Counted from the first letter of the stretch, positions 1 through 10,267 are shown. The stretch: DNA of 53,680 bases from Alphaproteobacteria bacterium (GCA_947458145.1 CANGYM010000001.1:1-53680); one strand, 5' to 3'. Notes: generated by a model from the sequence alone, not told the origin. Numbers and translations are program-made.

Positions 1-72
1 CCCGCCTGCGGTTTTTTCGTCTTGTTCCAGACGACGCACCAAAATGCGGTCGTGTAAGGGGCGAAAGTTCAT
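1..72 (-). CDS. groES: Co-chaperonin GroES, first 24 codons only; the gene runs off the left edge
   Basis: The reverse complement of 1-72 reads ATG AAC TTT CGC ... = MNFRPLHDRILVRRLEQDEKTAGG, the conserved GroES N-terminus. An AGAGG Shine-Dalgarno (plus-strand 81-85) lies 8 nt upstream. It is absent from the ORF track because it is truncated. Confidence 0.8.
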   Translation of the reverse strand, partial: MNFRPLHDRILVRRLEQDEKTAGG

Positions 73-98
73 AAATGTAACCTCTATTCATTTGCAAT

Positions 99-121
99 AA
101 AAAACGGTGGCTGATCACCGC
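99..121 (-). terminator. Hairpin plus U-tract downstream of efp, lying inside the putative groES leader
   Basis: The minus strand reads GCGGTG-ATCAGC-CACCGT followed by TTTTTTATT. That is 5 Watson-Crick pairs plus one G-U, a 6-nt loop and a T6 run. Confidence 0.4.
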
Positions 122-129
122 TAAGCCTT

Positions 130-158
130 AGGTAGGCACGCCCCCCTAAGATGTCAAG
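130..158 (-). promoter_or_regulatory. Candidate RpoH (sigma-32)-type promoter for groES
   Basis: The minus strand reads CTTGACA (152-158), an 18-nt gap after CTTG, then CCTACCT (130-136). This is close to the alphaproteobacterial CTTG-N17/18-CYTATNT heat-shock promoter pattern. It lies 57 nt upstream of the groES ATG. Confidence 0.4.
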
Positions 159-198
159 GGCCGTTGCATTTTTTTCCCAGAACTTTACCCCCAGAACC

Positions 199-765
199 TT
201 ACCCTTTGGCTTTTTCCACAAAGCTGCCGTCCCGTGTGTCCACGACCACTCTGGCGCCGGCCTCCAGATACGGGGGCACCATAATTTTTTCCCCGTTGGA
301 AAGAATGGCGGGCTTATAGGACGATGTGGCCGTCTGGCCTTTGATGGTGGGCTCCGCCTCAACAATCTCCAGCACCACTGTTTCCGGCAGGGTGACACTC
401 AGGGGCTTGCCATCGTAAAACAACACCGTCACATCCATGTCATCCTGCAAAAACGGCAAGGCATCACCCAAAATATCGCTGGGCAGGGTGATTTGCTCGA
501 ACGTTTCTTTGTGCATCAGGGTGATCATATCGTCCTGTAAAAACAGGAATTGATAGATTTCTTCGTCCAAACGCACGCGATCAATGCGCTCGGATGACCG
601 AAAGCGCTCGTTCAATTTGGTCCCTTCGAGCAGGGCTTTCATCTCGGCCTGAATGTACGCGCCCCCCTTGCCAGGCTGGGTATGCATAGTTTTTAAGATG
701 ACCCATAATTTGCCCTTATGATTGACAATATTTCCGACTTTTAAATCGTTGGCGTTCACATCCAT
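199..765 (-). CDS. efp: Translation elongation factor P (188 aa)
   Basis: MDVNANDLKVGNIV...HTQPGKGGAYIQAEMK... gives a full-length EF-P-like translation. I chose the internal ATG at 763-765. The 62 extra codons of the ORF-track start (951) overlap thiE and look non-EF-P. Confidence 0.93.
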   Translation of the reverse strand: MDVNANDLKVGNIVNHKGKLWVILKTMHTQPGKGGAYIQAEMKALLEGTKLNERFRSSERIDRVRLDEEIYQFLFLQDDMITLMHKETFEQITLPSDILGDALPFLQDDMDVTVLFYDGKPLSVTLPETVVLEIVEAEPTIKGQTATSSYKPAILSNGEKIMVPPYLEAGARVVVDTRDGSFVEKAKG

Positions 766-1382
766 TGTGGATCCCCATATTGATTGATCAAACCATCCAT
801 GTGCTGCAACGCGGCCCCAACGTCGTCCCAAATGCCGCTGCAAAGGGCAACAGCGCGGGGACCTGCGCTGAGGATATCTGGCACAGCGCTTAGCTGTATG
901 CCACCAATGGCCACACTTGGCAAGGGGGCATGGGCCTGCAGGTGATTCCATTCCCCAAACAGATCCAAAGTGGCGCGGGTTTTTGCCTGTTTCGTCGAAC
1001 TGGGATACAGGGCCCCAAAGGCCACATAACTGGCCCCATCGTCTTTGGCCCGCACCGCCAGGGCAATGTCGTTATAACACGAGGCCCCGATGATGGACCC
1101 CGCAGGCATTTGGGCCCGCGCCGTGGCCACGGGGGTATCCTCTGACCCCAAATGCACCCCATCACAGCCCAAACTGGTGGCCAGAACGGGATCATCATTC
1201 AGAATCAAGGCCACCTGATGCGCCCGACAAAGGGGCTGGACAGCGTGCACAGCCTGTGCAATCGTTGACTGTGGGGCGGATTTCAGGCGAACCTGAAACG
1301 CCGTCACAGCGGGGTGGCTGCAGATCATGGCGATATCCCGCAACGGGGGCAGGACATCGGGCGGAGAGAGAACATAAATCAT
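756..1382 (-). CDS. thiE: Thiamine-phosphate synthase
   Basis: The 208-aa product carries DGVHLGSEDTP, GASCYN, YVAFGALYPSSTK and AIGGI motifs typical of ThiE. Its end overlaps the efp start by 10 nt. Confidence 0.85.
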   Translation of the reverse strand: MIYVLSPPDVLPPLRDIAMICSHPAVTAFQVRLKSAPQSTIAQAVHAVQPLCRAHQVALILNDDPVLATSLGCDGVHLGSEDTPVATARAQMPAGSIIGASCYNDIALAVRAKDDGASYVAFGALYPSSTKQAKTRATLDLFGEWNHLQAHAPLPSVAIGGIQLSAVPDILSAGPRAVALCSGIWDDVGAALQHMDGLINQYGDPQWM

Positions 1383-1438
1383 GTTAAAAAAATACCCAGC
1401 CCTGAATGTGTGTTAACCTTTTTTTTAACAATACCTAG

Positions 1439-2551
<1,113 letters not shown>

Positions 2552-2561
2552 AAACGGCGAA

Positions 2562-2584
2562 GGGGCAGGTTTTTGGCCTGCCCC
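2562..2584. terminator. GC-rich hairpin between convergent mreB and a small minus-strand ORF
   Basis: GGGGCAGG-TTTTTGG-CCTGCCCC is a perfect 8-bp stem. On the minus strand it is followed by TTCGCCGTTTTT. There is no T-run on the plus strand. Confidence 0.5.
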
Positions 2585-2595
2585 CCCTAAAGGGC

Positions 2596-2799
2596 CTATC
2601 CCTTTTGGGTCTCTTGAGGTATATCAAGGGTGATGACCCTTGTTGCAAGGCCACCGGAAGGGGCCACTTGTAGGCATTCCCATCCTTCTGGGACCTCGAT
2701 GGCAATTGAGGCCTCAAAGGGGGAAGATACTTTATGATCCCCTTTACCTAAACTGCCGCGAGTGAACTGGCACTCGAGGCAGAAAGTGATTTGAGCCAT
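2596..2799 (-). CDS. Hypothetical 67-aa protein, no family recognised
   Basis: The ORF sits in an otherwise empty 435-nt gap. Its stop is 12 nt before the 2562-2584 hairpin. The product has 3 Cys (CLEC...C). No clear Shine-Dalgarno. Confidence 0.3.
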   Translation of the reverse strand: MAQITFCLECQFTRGSLGKGDHKVSSPFEASIAIEVPEGWECLQVAPSGGLATRVITLDIPQETQKG

Positions 2800-2830
2800 T
2801 CAAAGAAGTGGCGAGTGTGCCCCCTGATTA

Positions 2831-2878
2831 TGATGTGATGTGATGTGATGTGATGTGATGTGATGTGATGTGATGTGA
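2831..2878. repeat. Pentanucleotide microsatellite (TGATG)x9 plus TGA, equal to (CATCA)n on the minus strand
   Basis: Direct reading shows five consecutive 10-nt blocks tgatgtgatg from 2831, ending tgatgtga at 2878. The last unit plus the flanking sequence forms the palindrome ATGTGA-A-TCACAT (2873-2885). Confidence 0.97.
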
Positions 2879-2986
2879 ATCACATTTTGGAAATTTTTTT
2901 GGGGCGTCCACTGAAAACCACAGGAAAACCATGGCGGCGGGGGCAAGGGTCTTTCCCCATAGGCAACCTTCGCCTATAGTGGCGTT

Positions 2987-4699
2987 ATGACCCTGAACGA
3001 TGATTTTTTGGAACGTTTGCGTGAATCCGTGCGGATCGAGGATGTTATCCGCGCCCGCATCCCCCTGAAAAAAGCAGGACATGAGTATAAGGGGTTATGT
3101 CCGTTTCATACCGAAAAAACCCCGTCCTTTCACGTCATTCCCAGCAAACAATTTTTTCATTGCTTTGGCTGTGGCGCCAGCGGTGATGTGATTAAATTTG
3201 TGAAGGATTTTGATAAGGGGGGATTTTTAGCAGCGGTGAAAACACTGGCGGATCTGGGGGGATTGACGATACCCACAGCGGAAACCGCCCCCGCCCCTGC
3301 TGAGGATACGCGGTATTTTACGCTGTATGAACAGGCCAGTGCCTTTTATCAACATACCTTGGCCAGCGACGGCGCCGCCCAGCGGTATCTGACCCAGCGG
3401 GGCATAACCGCCGCCAGTGTGAAACACTTTTCTTTGGGCTTTGCCCCCGATGCATGGGATGCCCTCAGCCGGTTTTTGATGACCAGAGACCACCGCCCCC
3501 ACGATATGGTGGAAGCAGGGCTGTGCGTTCAAAAGGATCTAAACCGCGCCCCCTTTGACCGTTTTCGGCACCGTTTGATGTTTCCCATCCAAAATCGAAA
3601 AGGGAAAGTTGTGGCCTTTGGGGGCCGAACCCTGCCCGGGGGGGGCGTTACGGATCATGCCGATGCCCCAAAATACCTGAATTCCCCAGAAACAGAGTAT
3701 TTTCAAAAAAACCGGATGCTCTATGGGTTGTTTCAGGCGCTGCCCACGCTGAGAAAAACCCGCCGCGCCACCGTGGTTGAAGGGTATACCGACGTTATCC
3801 TGTTGCACCAACAGGGTTACACCGATGCCGTGGCCCCGCTGGGGACGGCGTTTACGGAAACCCAAATGTCCATCCTGTGGTCCTTGGTGGATCAGATTGT
3901 GGTGTGTTTTGATGGGGATGCCGCCGGCATGCGGGCAGCCGAGCGCTGCATCCAGCGTATTTTGCCGGATTTGCGCCCCGAAAAATCCATCGCCATCATG
4001 ATGATGGATGTCGGCGAAGACCCCGCCAGCCTGATGGCCGCAGGGGGACAGGCCCGCTGGGATCAAATGCAAAATCATCCCCTGTCGATTCTGGATTTTT
4101 GGATGTGGATTCATCGCCAAACCTTGGCCGGATCAGGACACGACCGCGCGGCCCTGATGAAACAGCTGCTTTCGGATTGCGACGTGATTCGGGATCCGGA
4201 CTTAAGGGCTTTTTATAAACAAGATATTCGGGATCGTTTTTACCACGCGCGACGCGTCCCCTCAGCATTGTCAAAAAAACAACCCTTTGCGGGGATGGGG
4301 GGGCCCCTGCCCTCCCCCAAAGCCAATTTGGATCGGATGTGTTGCGCCCTGCTGGCGGATTTGGCCCATCATCCAGAGTGGTTAGAAGATGCCGCGGAAC
4401 TTTTGGGGCATTTGACGTTTCCCAACCCCCTGATTGATGCCATTCGGGGGCGCGTGGTGGACATGGCGGTTCAGGGACTTGACAAAACAACAGACCAACC
4501 CTATATCAATCCATCCCAGTGGATTCAGAATGCGCTTCCGGCGCTGGAACTTTGGAAATCAGACGCTGTCATGCCCCAGTTGTTTTTAAAGCCATCCCAT
4601 GATGTTTATGATCTTTGGCATGAAAGTTGTCTGAAACTGAAACGAAGTTTAGACCTGTCTCAATCTCGGCAAAAAAAGGCCGGAAGGCCCCTGCGATGA
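2987..4699 (+). CDS. dnaG: DNA primase
   Basis: CHC2 zinc finger CPFHTEKTPSFHV...FHCFGCGASGD and TOPRIM motifs (EGYTDV, FDGDAAG). It lies directly upstream of rpoD, the conserved dnaG-rpoD pair. Confidence 0.95.
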   Translation: MTLNDDFLERLRESVRIEDVIRARIPLKKAGHEYKGLCPFHTEKTPSFHVIPSKQFFHCFGCGASGDVIKFVKDFDKGGFLAAVKTLADLGGLTIPTAETAPAPAEDTRYFTLYEQASAFYQHTLASDGAAQRYLTQRGITAASVKHFSLGFAPDAWDALSRFLMTRDHRPHDMVEAGLCVQKDLNRAPFDRFRHRLMFPIQNRKGKVVAFGGRTLPGGGVTDHADAPKYLNSPETEYFQKNRMLYGLFQALPTLRKTRRATVVEGYTDVILLHQQGYTDAVAPLGTAFTETQMSILWSLVDQIVVCFDGDAAGMRAAERCIQRILPDLRPEKSIAIMMMDVGEDPASLMAAGGQARWDQMQNHPLSILDFWMWIHRQTLAGSGHDRAALMKQLLSDCDVIRDPDLRAFYKQDIRDRFYHARRVPSALSKKQPFAGMGGPLPSPKANLDRMCCALLADLAHHPEWLEDAAELLGHLTFPNPLIDAIRGRVVDMAVQGLDKTTDQPYINPSQWIQNALPALELWKSDAVMPQLFLKPSHDVYDLWHESCLKLKRSLDLSQSRQKKAGRPLR

Positions 4700-4764
4700 A
4701 ACGTTTTTTTAATGGTTTTCTGAACTAATCACCCCTGAACCCTTATCGGAGCCTGTAAACCCCA

Positions 4765-6858
4765 ATGGCCGAAAAAAAACATTTGGATACCATGGAAACT
4801 GAAGAGGTTTTGGGATCTTCGGGGATTTTAACCTTTGAAGAATCCTTTAAAAAACTTCGGAAAATTGGAAAGCTCAAAGGCTATATCACCTACGATCAAT
4901 TAAACGATATTTTGCCAACCGAGGCCTTTTCGTCCGAACAAATCGACGAAGTCATCGCCAAAATCGGGGCCGCGGGCATTGATATCGTGGATGATGATGA
5001 TCTGGAGGGTCTGGAGGAAGAAGAAACCGCCAAAAACAAACGGCGCAAACCCACCGACGATGATGATGACGGTGATGGGGGATCTTCAGAGGCCTTTGTC
5101 GGCGAAGAGCGCACATCCGGAAACATCGATGATAGTTCGGTTTCCCACTATGATGACCCTGTTCGGGTGTATCTGTCCGAAATGGGCAATAAGGGCCTGC
5201 TATCCCGCGAAGGTGAGGTCGAAATTGCCAAACGGATCGAGGCTGGTCGTGAACGCATGATCGGCGGGATTTGTGAAAGCCCCCTAACCATGCTGGCCAT
5301 CAGTGCGTGGTATGATGCCTTGACTGAAAACAAAATTATGCTGCGGGATGTTATTGATTTGGAAGCCACCTATGGGGCTGACGGCGAGGCACCGGCAGAG
5401 TTATTGGAAAGCTTGCTGCCCCCTGAAGAATTAAAAAAAGACGATGAATCCCCAGCCACGGAAGATGTGCGTGCTGAGCCCGAGTCTTCCCCTGAATCCC
5501 CCGCGACAGACGAAACCGAAGAAAACGCAGAAAAACCTGCCCGAGACGCTGATGAGGACGAAGACGACGAAGAGGATACCGAGGGTTTTGGTGTGTCCCT
5601 GTCTGCCATGGAAGAGCGTTTAAAACCCCAAGTTTTGGAAACATTCAAAAAAATCAGTCTGGTTTATGAAGATTTACGGGCCCTGCAGGAAAACCGTATT
5701 GAACTGTTACAAAAAGGCCACACGCTGCAACCAACGGAAGAAGAGGCCTATAACACCAAACACAAAGAAATCGTCACGCTGCTGGAAAGCATCCATCTGA
5801 ATAACGAACGTTTGGAACAGTTGGTGGAACAACTGTATGGCATGAACAAATCCCTGATGCAGCAGGAAGGGAAGCTGTTGCGTCTGGCCGAAAAATGCAA
5901 AATCAAACGCAGTGACTTTTTACAAAGCTATTTTGGATCCGAACTGGACCCCACATGGGTGGATCGCATGGCGGATCGCAAATCCAAGCCTTGGCAGATG
6001 TTTATTGAAAAATACTGCGATGAAATTACCGCAACGCGGGAAATGATTTCGGAAATTTCCGCCCAAAGCGGCCTGCCCATTTCGGAATTTCGCCGCGTTG
6101 TCCAAACCGTTCAGCGTGGCGAGCGGGAATCCAACCGTGCCAAAAAAGAAATGATCGAGGCCAACCTGCGCCTTGTCATCTCCATTGCCAAAAAATATAC
6201 GAACAGGGGACTGCAATTTTTGGATCTGATCCAAGAGGGCAACATTGGCCTGATGAAGGCCGTGGATAAATTTGAATACCGCCGAGGCTACAAATTTTCC
6301 ACCTATGCCACATGGTGGATTCGTCAGGCCATCACACGGTCCATCGCCGATCAGGCCCGAACCATTCGGATCCCTGTTCATATGATCGAAACCATCAACA
6401 AAATTGTGCGCACATCGCGCCAAATGATGCATGAAATTGGCCGCGAACCCACACCCGAGGAATTGGCGGTCAAGCTGCAAATGCCGCTGGATAAAGTGCG
6501 CAAAGTTATGAAAATCGCCAAAGAGCCCATCAGTCTGGAAACGCCCGTGGGGGATGAAGAAGACAGCTCCCTTGGGGATTTCATTGAGGATAAAAACACC
6601 ATCATTCCGTTGGATGCCGCCATTCATGCCAACCTGAAGGACACCACCACCAAAATCCTCTCCACCCTGACGGCCCGTGAAGAGCGCGTTTTGCGGATGC
6701 GTTTTGGTATCGGCATGAACACGGATCACACGCTAGAGGAAGTGGGCCAGCAATTCTCGGTCACCAGAGAGCGTATCCGCCAGATCGAGGCCAAAGCCCT
6801 GCGGAAACTGAAACACCCCTCGCGGTCCCGTCAGCTGAGAAGTTTTTTGGATACATGA
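4765..6858 (+). CDS. rpoD: Primary RNA polymerase sigma factor (sigma-70) with a long acidic non-conserved insert
   Basis: Regions 2-4 are recognisable: [52 protein letters not shown] and [28 protein letters not shown]. The acidic D/E-rich stretch spans about residues 215-270. Confidence 0.97.
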   Translation: MAEKKHLDTMETEEVLGSSGILTFEESFKKLRKIGKLKGYITYDQLNDILPTEAFSSEQIDEVIAKIGAAGIDIVDDDDLEGLEEEETAKNKRRKPTDDDDDGDGGSSEAFVGEERTSGNIDDSSVSHYDDPVRVYLSEMGNKGLLSREGEVEIAKRIEAGRERMIGGICESPLTMLAISAWYDALTENKIMLRDVIDLEATYGADGEAPAELLESLLPPEELKKDDESPATEDVRAEPESSPESPATDETEENAEKPARDADEDEDDEEDTEGFGVSLSAMEERLKPQVLETFKKISLVYEDLRALQENRIELLQKGHTLQPTEEEAYNTKHKEIVTLLESIHLNNERLEQLVEQLYGMNKSLMQQEGKLLRLAEKCKIKRSDFLQSYFGSELDPTWVDRMADRKSKPWQMFIEKYCDEITATREMISEISAQSGLPISEFRRVVQTVQRGERESNRAKKEMIEANLRLVISIAKKYTNRGLQFLDLIQEGNIGLMKAVDKFEYRRGYKFSTYATWWIRQAITRSIADQARTIRIPVHMIETINKIVRTSRQMMHEIGREPTPEELAVKLQMPLDKVRKVMKIAKEPISLETPVGDEEDSSLGDFIEDKNTIIPLDAAIHANLKDTTTKILSTLTAREERVLRMRFGIGMNTDHTLEEVGQQFSVTRERIRQIEAKALRKLKHPSRSRQLRSFLDT

Positions 6859-6946
6859 TCGCGGCCAAAGGACAACAGCAAGGGACAAGGCGCTTGCCCG
6901 TGGAAACATACTCTTGTAGGGTTGTTTTTTTATTGGGATGATCCCC

Positions 6947-8443
6947 ATGGTTGCTCGGGTACGAACCTCTAGTTTTTATGGCATGGATGTGCTGGACATT
7001 GACGTTCAGGTGCATTTGGCCAATGGGGTTCCTGGTTTTCAGATTGTGGGACTGGCGGATAAGGCGGTGGCGGAATCCCGCGAACGGGTACGCTCTGCCC
7101 TGCATGCCATTGGCATGGCCCTGCCCCCCAAACGAATCACTGTTAATTTATCACCGGCGGATGTCCCTAAGGAAGGCAATCACTTTGATTTGCCCATTGC
7201 TTTGGGTCTTTTGGTTGGCATGGGTGTCATTCCCCAGGGGGCCATTGATACCTATTATGCCATGGGCGAGCTGGCCTTGGACGGTCTCCTCACCCCCGTC
7301 AGTGGCATTTTGCCTGCTGCCGTCCATGCCAACGCGCAGGGATGCGGCCTGATTTGTCCTGAAGGCAACGGCAGCGAAGCGGCTTGGGCCGGCGAGCTGT
7401 CCATTTTGGCGCCGGATTCCTTGGTGGCCCTGACCAACCATATCCTGCAGCGCCAACGCCTCAGCCCCCCTCAACCTTTGGCCCAAGATGCCAGAAAACC
7501 CCGCGGGGATTGGCGCGACGTGCGGGGCCAAGAAAGTGCCAAACGGGTCATGGAAATTGCTGCCAGCGGGGGGCACAACGTTTTGCTTTCGGGGCCCCCG
7601 GGGGCGGGAAAATCCCTGCTGGCATCGCGCATGACCACCATTTTACCGCCGCTTTCCCCCGAAGAAGCCCTGGAAGTCAGCATGATCCACAGCATCGCCG
7701 GACAGCTGAAAGAAGGGATGCTGATTATGGAGCGCCCCTACCGTGACCCCCATCACTCGGCGTCCATTCCTGCCCTTGTAGGGGGTGGCATTCGCGCCAA
7801 GCCAGGGGAAATCTCGCTGGCCCACCAAGGCATTTTGTTTTTGGATGAGCTGCCGGAATTTCAGCGGGCGGCCCTTGATTCTTTGCGCCAGCCCCTAGAG
7901 ACCGGATACACCACCGTTTCGCGGGCCAACGCCCATGTGACCTATCCCGCCAACATTCAGTTGGTGGCGGCCATGAATCCCTGTCGCTGCGGCTATTTGA
8001 CGGATGTTGAGCGAGCCTGTTCCCGCGCACCGGCATGCGGAGAGGACTATACGCGCCGCCTTTCAGGTCCCCTGCTGGATCGTATTGATTTGCGTTTGGA
8101 TGTGGAACCCGTGAAGCCCTATGAACTCAGCCGCATTGCCGCGGGGGAAGACAGCGCCACCGTCCGCGCACGGGTCACGCGGGCGCGGGATGTGCAGCGC
8201 CAGCGCTATGCCCCCTATCAAAAAAAATTGAATGCTGACATTGACGGGGATTTGCTGTACGCGCAAACCGCTTTGGATGGCCCAACCGAAACCTTCCTGC
8301 AAAACGCAGCGGAAAAATTGCGCCTGTCGGCACGGGGTTACAACCGCGTTCTGCGCGTGGCCCGCACAATTGCGGATATGGCAGAATCCGAACGCATTGC
8401 CATGCCCCATTTGCAAGAGGCTCTGAGTTACCGACAAGGATAA
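6947..8443 (+). CDS. comM: YifB/ComM-family Mg-chelatase-like AAA+ protein
   Basis: MVARVRTSSFYGMDVLDIDVQV...IVGLADKAVAESRERVRSAL is a Lon-like N-domain. Walker A GPPGAGKS is present, with an MCM/Mg-chelatase-like C-terminus. The start is 6938 or 6947. Confidence 0.88.
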   Translation: MVARVRTSSFYGMDVLDIDVQVHLANGVPGFQIVGLADKAVAESRERVRSALHAIGMALPPKRITVNLSPADVPKEGNHFDLPIALGLLVGMGVIPQGAIDTYYAMGELALDGLLTPVSGILPAAVHANAQGCGLICPEGNGSEAAWAGELSILAPDSLVALTNHILQRQRLSPPQPLAQDARKPRGDWRDVRGQESAKRVMEIAASGGHNVLLSGPPGAGKSLLASRMTTILPPLSPEEALEVSMIHSIAGQLKEGMLIMERPYRDPHHSASIPALVGGGIRAKPGEISLAHQGILFLDELPEFQRAALDSLRQPLETGYTTVSRANAHVTYPANIQLVAAMNPCRCGYLTDVERACSRAPACGEDYTRRLSGPLLDRIDLRLDVEPVKPYELSRIAAGEDSATVRARVTRARDVQRQRYAPYQKKLNADIDGDLLYAQTALDGPTETFLQNAAEKLRLSARGYNRVLRVARTIADMAESERIAMPHLQEALSYRQG

Positions 8444-8446
8444 ACC

Positions 8447-9385
8447 TTAACCCCCTGGCTTTAACCGATCCGATGTCATGATCACTGCCGGTGGTCGTTG
8501 TTGCTTGCCCAACAACCACCGATCATGCAGCCATAGCCAATCCTGCGGCGTTTCGCGAATCCAGCTTTCCATTAATGTGGCCGCCCGCTGAATCAGATCC
8601 ACCCTGCGGTCCCGCCCCTGCAGATCAGGGTTGCCCACCATGGGCGGATATAACGTAATGCGATGATGGGCGGGCCCCAAACGTTCACACCGCGCCGGCA
8701 TCAAGGGCAGGTTATAACGTAAAGCCAGCTCAAACGGGGTAGAGGGAAATTTGGTCTGATGCCCCAAAAACATCACATCATCCCCGTGGCGTGTTTTTTG
8801 ATCAATCAAAAACCCTAGGTTTTCCCCCGCTTTAATACAGGCGACAACCTCCCGCGCGGTGCTCTTGGCCACAAAGCCCCCTGGAATTTGGCTGCGAATC
8901 CGCTGGATCAGGGTTTCTAAAAATGGATTGTTGGACGGTCGATAAAACCGACGAAACGGGGCGCCATAACGCGCCGCCACCGCCGCAAACAATTCCCAAT
9001 TCCCAAAATGCCCGCTGATAAACAAAACGGGGCCATGGCTGGCCACATAGTGAAAATGCTCTTCCCCCACAATCTCTAAATAGGAATCCGGCGTTTCCGG
9101 ATTGAAAAAAGCCTTCCCATGGGGAAATTCCCCCACAACCATACCCAGATTTTCCCAAACGCGACGGGCCATGTCCTGAGGGTTGTCACACTCTGGCAAA
9201 CCAAAAGCCAGATTCCGCAGCAACAGATCCTGCTTTCTGGTGTATGGCCCCAAAGTTTTGGCGATCCACCCCGTGATGCGGGCGGCACGCTGGGGGGACA
9301 ACACCCGCAATCCATAAAGCAAAGAGGCACAAACGCTGCCAAGGGCCGCCTGTAGGATCCGCTGTGCGGGAAGGACGCTGGCCAT
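8447..9385 (-). CDS. Lipid A late acyltransferase family protein (LpxL/HtrB/MsbB-like)
   Basis: The SGHFGNWE (HxxxxD/E-type) acyltransferase motif is present with overall family-like length. I chose the ATG at 9383-9385, 4 nt after the dut stop. The track start 9523 overlaps dut. Confidence 0.75.
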   Translation of the reverse strand: MASVLPAQRILQAALGSVCASLLYGLRVLSPQRAARITGWIAKTLGPYTRKQDLLLRNLAFGLPECDNPQDMARRVWENLGMVVGEFPHGKAFFNPETPDSYLEIVGEEHFHYVASHGPVLFISGHFGNWELFAAVAARYGAPFRRFYRPSNNPFLETLIQRIRSQIPGGFVAKSTAREVVACIKAGENLGFLIDQKTRHGDDVMFLGHQTKFPSTPFELALRYNLPLMPARCERLGPAHHRITLYPPMVGNPDLQGRDRRVDLIQRAATLMESWIRETPQDWLWLHDRWLLGKQQRPPAVIMTSDRLKPGG

Positions 9386-9389
9386 GCCC

Positions 9390-9842
9390 CTAATGCAAAC
9401 CCGTGGACCCAAAGCCACCCGCCCCACGTTCCGTGGGGGGTAAAGTGTCCGTCGGGGCAAAGGCCACCTGAACATAGGGGGCCACCACCATCTGGGCGAT
9501 CCGCATACCGCGGGTGATGACAAAGGGCTCCCCGCCCAAATTGATCAACATGATTTTGATTTCCCCCCGATAATCCGCATCAATGGTCCCAGGGCTGTTT
9601 AAACACGTGATGCCATGCTTTAACGCCAAGCCGGAGCGGGGACGAATCTGGGCCTCAAACCCCTCTGGCAGAGCCATAGCCAAACCTGTCGGGATCAGGG
9701 CGCGTTCCATAGGACGCAGAACAATCTCTTCCCCCTGTCCCACAGCTGCCAGCAAATCCACACCGGCACTATGCGGGGTTGCATACGCCGGCAAGGGCAA
9801 ATCCCGCGCGTGATCCAAAATCTGAAGGGGGATGGTGGTCAC
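9390..9842 (-). CDS. dut: dUTP diphosphatase
   Basis: The 150-aa product has [15 protein letters not shown] and [11 protein letters not shown] dUTPase motifs. Confidence 0.93.
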   Translation of the reverse strand: MTTIPLQILDHARDLPLPAYATPHSAGVDLLAAVGQGEEIVLRPMERALIPTGLAMALPEGFEAQIRPRSGLALKHGITCLNSPGTIDADYRGEIKIMLINLGGEPFVITRGMRIAQMVVAPYVQVAFAPTDTLPPTERGAGGFGSTGLH

Positions 9843-10267
9843 AAAATTTCATCCTCTCGGTGGGTTCTTTCGTGACGTTCGTGACGTTCTTGGGCCTCGA
9901 TACACAGCGTTGCAATGGGACGGGCTAACAGCCGGCGCACCCCAATGGGCTCGCCTGTTTCTTCACAGTATCCATAATCCCCGCTGTCGATGCGGGCAAT
10001 GGCCAGATCAATTTTGCCCAGCAGTTTCCGCTGCCGATCCCGTGTGCGCAGTTCAATTTCCTGCTCGGTTTCCAGTGTGGCGCGATCCGCATCATCGGGC
10101 TGGCGCAGCTCTTCCTGACGCAAGTGATCTAGGGTTTCGGTGGCTTCTCGAATAATCTCTTTTTTCCACAGCAGCAATTTTTCCCGAAAATAGGCGAGCA
10201 TCAGCTCGCTCATGTAAGGTTCTTGATCCGTGGGACTATAATCGGGCGGCAAAAGGGGTTGTGTCAT
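9839..10267 (-). CDS. dksA: RNA polymerase-binding regulator DksA, 2-Cys type
   Basis: It has the coiled-coil with acidic tip region, then a C-terminal [28 protein letters not shown] chose the ATG at 10265-10267. Its stop overlaps the dut start (ATGA). Confidence 0.85.
   Translation of the reverse strand: MTQPLLPPDYSPTDQEPYMSELMLAYFREKLLLWKKEIIREATETLDHLRQEELRQPDDADRATLETEQEIELRTRDRQRKLLGKIDLAIARIDSGDYGYCEETGEPIGVRRLLARPIATLCIEAQERHERHERTHREDEIL
9871..9888. repeat. Perfect 9-nt tandem duplication (cgtgacgtt x2) inside the dksA 3' end
   Basis: Direct reading. It encodes the in-frame ERH-ERH repeat in ...[13 protein letters not shown]... Confidence 0.9.

Noticed and set aside
199-951. N-terminal extensions in the ORF track. 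Examples: efp from 951, mreB from 1445, the lpxL-like gene from 9523, dksA from 10363, tal from 19945, dnaK from 32913, the kinase from 34882, zapA from 39075, DUF1365 from 43950, dnaE from 52555 and rpoZ from 53604.
   Set aside because: The extensions overlap neighbouring genes, promoters or terminators and precede the conserved family N-termini. Internal ATGs with plausible Shine-Dalgarno sequences or ATGA-type coupling fit better.
1413-1428. Additional CtrA-box-like sites (TTAACCTTTTTTTTAA at 1413-1428; attaaatcattttttaac near 32366-32382).
   Set aside because: The spacing between the TTAA half-sites is 8 nt, not 7.
2831-2878. Whether the repeat array could be a CRISPR array.
   Set aside because: The unit length is 5 nt with no spacers, and no cas genes are present. 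It is a simple microsatellite.
3648-3655. G8/C8 homopolymers inside housekeeping genes as phase-variation sites (dnaG 3648-3655, mreB 2343-2350, dnaJ 41845-41852, cfa-like 48506-48513).
   Set aside because: They encode Gly or Pro runs in essential, conserved genes and recur throughout the window. They look like a compositional background feature. Only the 13-nt tract stands out.
5920-6729. Long ORFs antisense to, or out of frame with, recognised genes. Examples: 5920-6729(-) in rpoD, 3539-4120(-) in dnaG, 11334-11873(-) in gcvPB, 25400-26230(+) in kup, 34035-34688(-) in dnaK, 37486-38334(+) in tkt, 40774-41511(+) in thrS, 29692-30252(-) in ctpA and 13131-13682(-) in the pseudokinase gene.
   Set aside because: Each lies entirely within a gene that has a strong family-level translation. 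Their products are low-complexity (G/R/P/H-rich) with no recognisable motifs. This is typical of shadow ORFs in GC-rich coding DNA.
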